A DNA stretch of 64,000 nucleotides from Obrimoposthia wandeli. Its lineage: Eukaryota. Location: the NCBI GenBank assembly GCA_977020255.1, contig CDROCS010002560.1, positions 558,001 to 622,000 on the forward strand, in the 5' to 3' direction. How positions within the stretch are numbered: position 1 is the first letter of the stretch; the number at the start of each line of letters is the position of its first letter. A model generated the notes under the pieces. That model searched no databases. It was not told the DNA's origin and saw nothing but the letters and a program-made list of their open reading frames with translations. The position numbers and the translations under genes were made by a program. Of the stretch, positions 61,001-64,000 are shown piece by piece.

Positions 61001-64000
61001 GTGAGATCTCGCTTTGTGCTGCTAATCATGTGTATCTCTCAACATATATACCGTAATTTCACTAATAATACAAACACCTTATTCAGCTTCCCTTTCCAAT
61101 TTTTACATCAGATTTAATTTATTAACACGAACCATGATAAGTTAACGAAAGAAACATATTAGCATATCGATTCACGTAATTATTGTTTCAGTATTGATTC
61201 TAGGTTATTGATGGTACATTCTGTAATTAACACTTATATTAAATGGGATATTCTGATTTCACAGTCAATGATACAGTAAAATTGATAATTCAGTCAGATA
61301 CTTATGGCTCTGGGGTATTCATCTGACAACGTAGTCACTCACTCCAAAACTTGGCGGCACAATAGGAATATTTTTTGTAAAATATTGATCCCTAAATTGC
61401 GAAAAATTTCCTTTTGAGCTTATATAAACAGTGCAGGCTGCGTGTAGATAACGAGGGCCAACACAGAAAACCACCTCAGATAACATTGTCTGTATACTAA
61501 TACGTCTTTGTTTTAATATAATTTTAATAATGCCTGATATTACATGTCTAGGAATCTTAAATCAGTTTTAAAAAATCCGCAACATCTGTTGAATCTCTTT
61601 ATCGAAATTTGCTAATGAAGTTATGAAGTATATTTTTTAACTATTTATAAGCTTTTATAACTATTATACAAATGTTAAAATAACAGATGAAATAATATAA
61701 AACTGGTTAAAATATTACTTCGTAACTTTGTTAAATCTTTTAATATGTTAGCTATTAAATGGACTCAAATCCCTTTATGGATGATTTTGTTGTTGTTTCA
61801 TATTTGTTTGCATTGTGTTGTATTTAATTTTAGAATTTTGTCACTATTTTGTAATATTAAAGATGAATAGAACTCAAATGTGATTCACTATATACTATAC
61901 ATTAAATTTAACCTGCGATCATAGATAAAGTAAAAATGTTTTCATAGAACCTGTTTCACTTTGTAACAAATTTGAACAGCTGTGAGAGAATTAAGATTTC
62001 TGGATCAAATTATGACACACATTGTTCAAATTATTAGAGTTAATTCAGAAATTAGATTTATAAATAACACGGCGTAACACGAGTTTCGTTTTTGATTTAA
62101 AACTATTATTTTCTGATTCTGTAGGGCAAAATAAAGTGATAATGAGTAATCATCAATTTCTGAGTTCAGAATTTCAATTTATTGCTTTTTCCTCTTTTGT
62201 TTAAAAATTTATGGCTTTTCACAGTATTTCCATTAAAATAAATTAATCCTGCAAACTGTAATATTAATAACTTTACTTTAACACGATTATAAGGAAATAA
62301 AGTTATGGAGCTAAATTGAAAGAACCACAAATTTTGTATAGAAATGACACAAAAATCCATAATTAAATTAATACAAAAATACGTTTTTCTGTGATATTGA
62401 CTGCTGTATTTAAGTTTACTGTCACACAGAAGGTTCCAGATTTAGTCTTCCATCATAATTTGAACCTCCTTGTAGCGCTCCTTGAAAAAGCTCATTGTCG
62501 TGAAATCTGACACCTTATTCTTCTGAGCAGTCCCCAATGTTTTTGAATTCATCAAAATGAGCGTGTGGGACTTGTAGTTTCAGTGACATCCGGCAGCCTA
62601 TCTTTTGATTATAATTTTAGGTGTTAGTATTATTGGGGAAAATTGCCGATGTTGTGTTGGGCCTAGGTGGTTTTCGTGAGATCCGTCAGAAGTGCACTGA
62701 GTACAAGCTCACTACTCTGTACGAGAACCGAGTAGAAGCGCAGTGAAAACCCATTGTGTTTAGGACGAGTCTAGTAGCCGAGTAACTAAGGCAGACATCG
62801 ACCCAGCAATTTTTGTGTCAGTTATGGATTTTTTGACCAGATACATTTACAAATTTATGTAATAGTGATTTGCGTACAAATTGGGGTGAGGACAATTGAC
62901 TAGACCAGACACTCCCAGCCAGTGTTTGTGTATAATTTAGAAAGTCAGAATTGTATTCTGTTTTAAATTGTTTTTTTCCAGGGTATTTGTATAAAATAAA
63001 ATTCGACAATTTGTCTAAATCGAGGTTTTTAAATTAGCCTTTGGACACCATTGCATCCCACTTCTCGACACTATCTTGGCTGTCTCAACTGTCATCTTCA
63101 TATACAATCGGCATAAATCACATATCGATAAATCGAATTATCTGCGTCACATTCCTCAGCCGTCTCTTCGATCTGGGGTCATTTTGCGTCACAACTCTCT
63201 TGAGGAGACAGCCAATCACATACAGAGACAACAATCTTCTAGACAAGTTTATTTTCTCTCAGACCACTCTTTCTGATATGTCAATTAATGAGACATTATT
63301 TTACTCAGAAATTTCTGCTTTTCCCCTTTATGGGTGTATACTCAAATTTCCAACTTCGATTATTCAGAAAATTGCATTCAAATACACATTGCATTGGGTG
63401 ACAACAAATGAAATTTCGTATTTTTATACAACACTTTAGGACTTTTACTTTTTTTTTATTGAATTTTATTAATCCAAATAAGAACCAGAATCGTGGAAAC
63501 ATATTTGCCGCTCGTTCCTTTACGGAATTTGGCTATATTTTAGCCGTGGGACGCGTAACTCGTAAAAGAACGTGTTCTATTAAGAATATAATTCTGTAAA
63601 TAACGCCTAAATTCATTTGTTAAGAGAAGGCGTTCTTTGCTATTTTTTGGAGCGATCAAGTTTCATTATGAGAATGCATTCTTATGATTAAGAAGAGAAC
63701 ATGTTATTATGATATTTCTCATTCCCTTTGGTCGCGTAACGTTTAGTTATAAAAGGTCCGTTGAGAATATATTTTTAAAAGAACGTGCAAATCTTTTACA
63801 GATGGGGCTAAAAAGAGAATGAAGTAATGTTTCAAAACTAAACTGAATTAACCTGTCCAAGTTATTTAGACCTATCAAATCAAAGTGTAACTGTAAGATA
63901 TGATCAATATAATTTAACTTTATTAGGAATATAATGCCAAGAGTGAATTTATTAACAGAGGAAGAAAAGGCAGAAAATAGATAATAACTGAAAATGTATC

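Noticed and set aside
62400-63450. Candidate final BicD exon or transposase in the GC-richer patches
   Set aside because: No acceptor and phase-0 frame could be chosen convincingly, and no diagnostic transposase motif was seen.

Overview
AT-rich eukaryotic (metazoan) genomic DNA; nothing here looks prokaryotic. The first ~43 kb is a graveyard of nested mobile elements and gene fragments. It holds two inverted RLE-type (R2/NeSL-like) non-LTR remnants flanking an intact intronless USP deubiquitinase ORF, a BEL/Pao LTR retrotransposon lacking its RT domain, an SRPK kinase pseudogene and an Hsp70 fragment. It also holds a decayed Polinton/Maverick (ATPase, integrase, minor and major capsid, adenain protease, pPolB, right terminus at 35830). 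A 9.1-kb non-autonomous Polinton-type element (19765-28850) with AGTAG..CTACT-like ends, a 6-bp TSD GAACTT and ~1.7-kb inverted arms has inserted into that Polinton. The last ~20 kb is a spliced Bicaudal-D (BicD) gene with at least 7 exons (44912-61000+), whose introns hold mariner, hAT and pogo-like MITE remnants. The most unusual signal is a family of three 1.0-1.5-kb LTR-like units (20863-21904, 40459-41912, 42136-43124). They have TGT...ACA ends, exact 4-bp TSDs in two cases, a shared TATA-centred 26-bp palindrome, a complete covarying type I hammerhead ribozyme, and unrelated internal cargo. One cargo is an intron-containing AMPK-gamma gene fragment. All calls are from motif recognition by eye; no searches were run.
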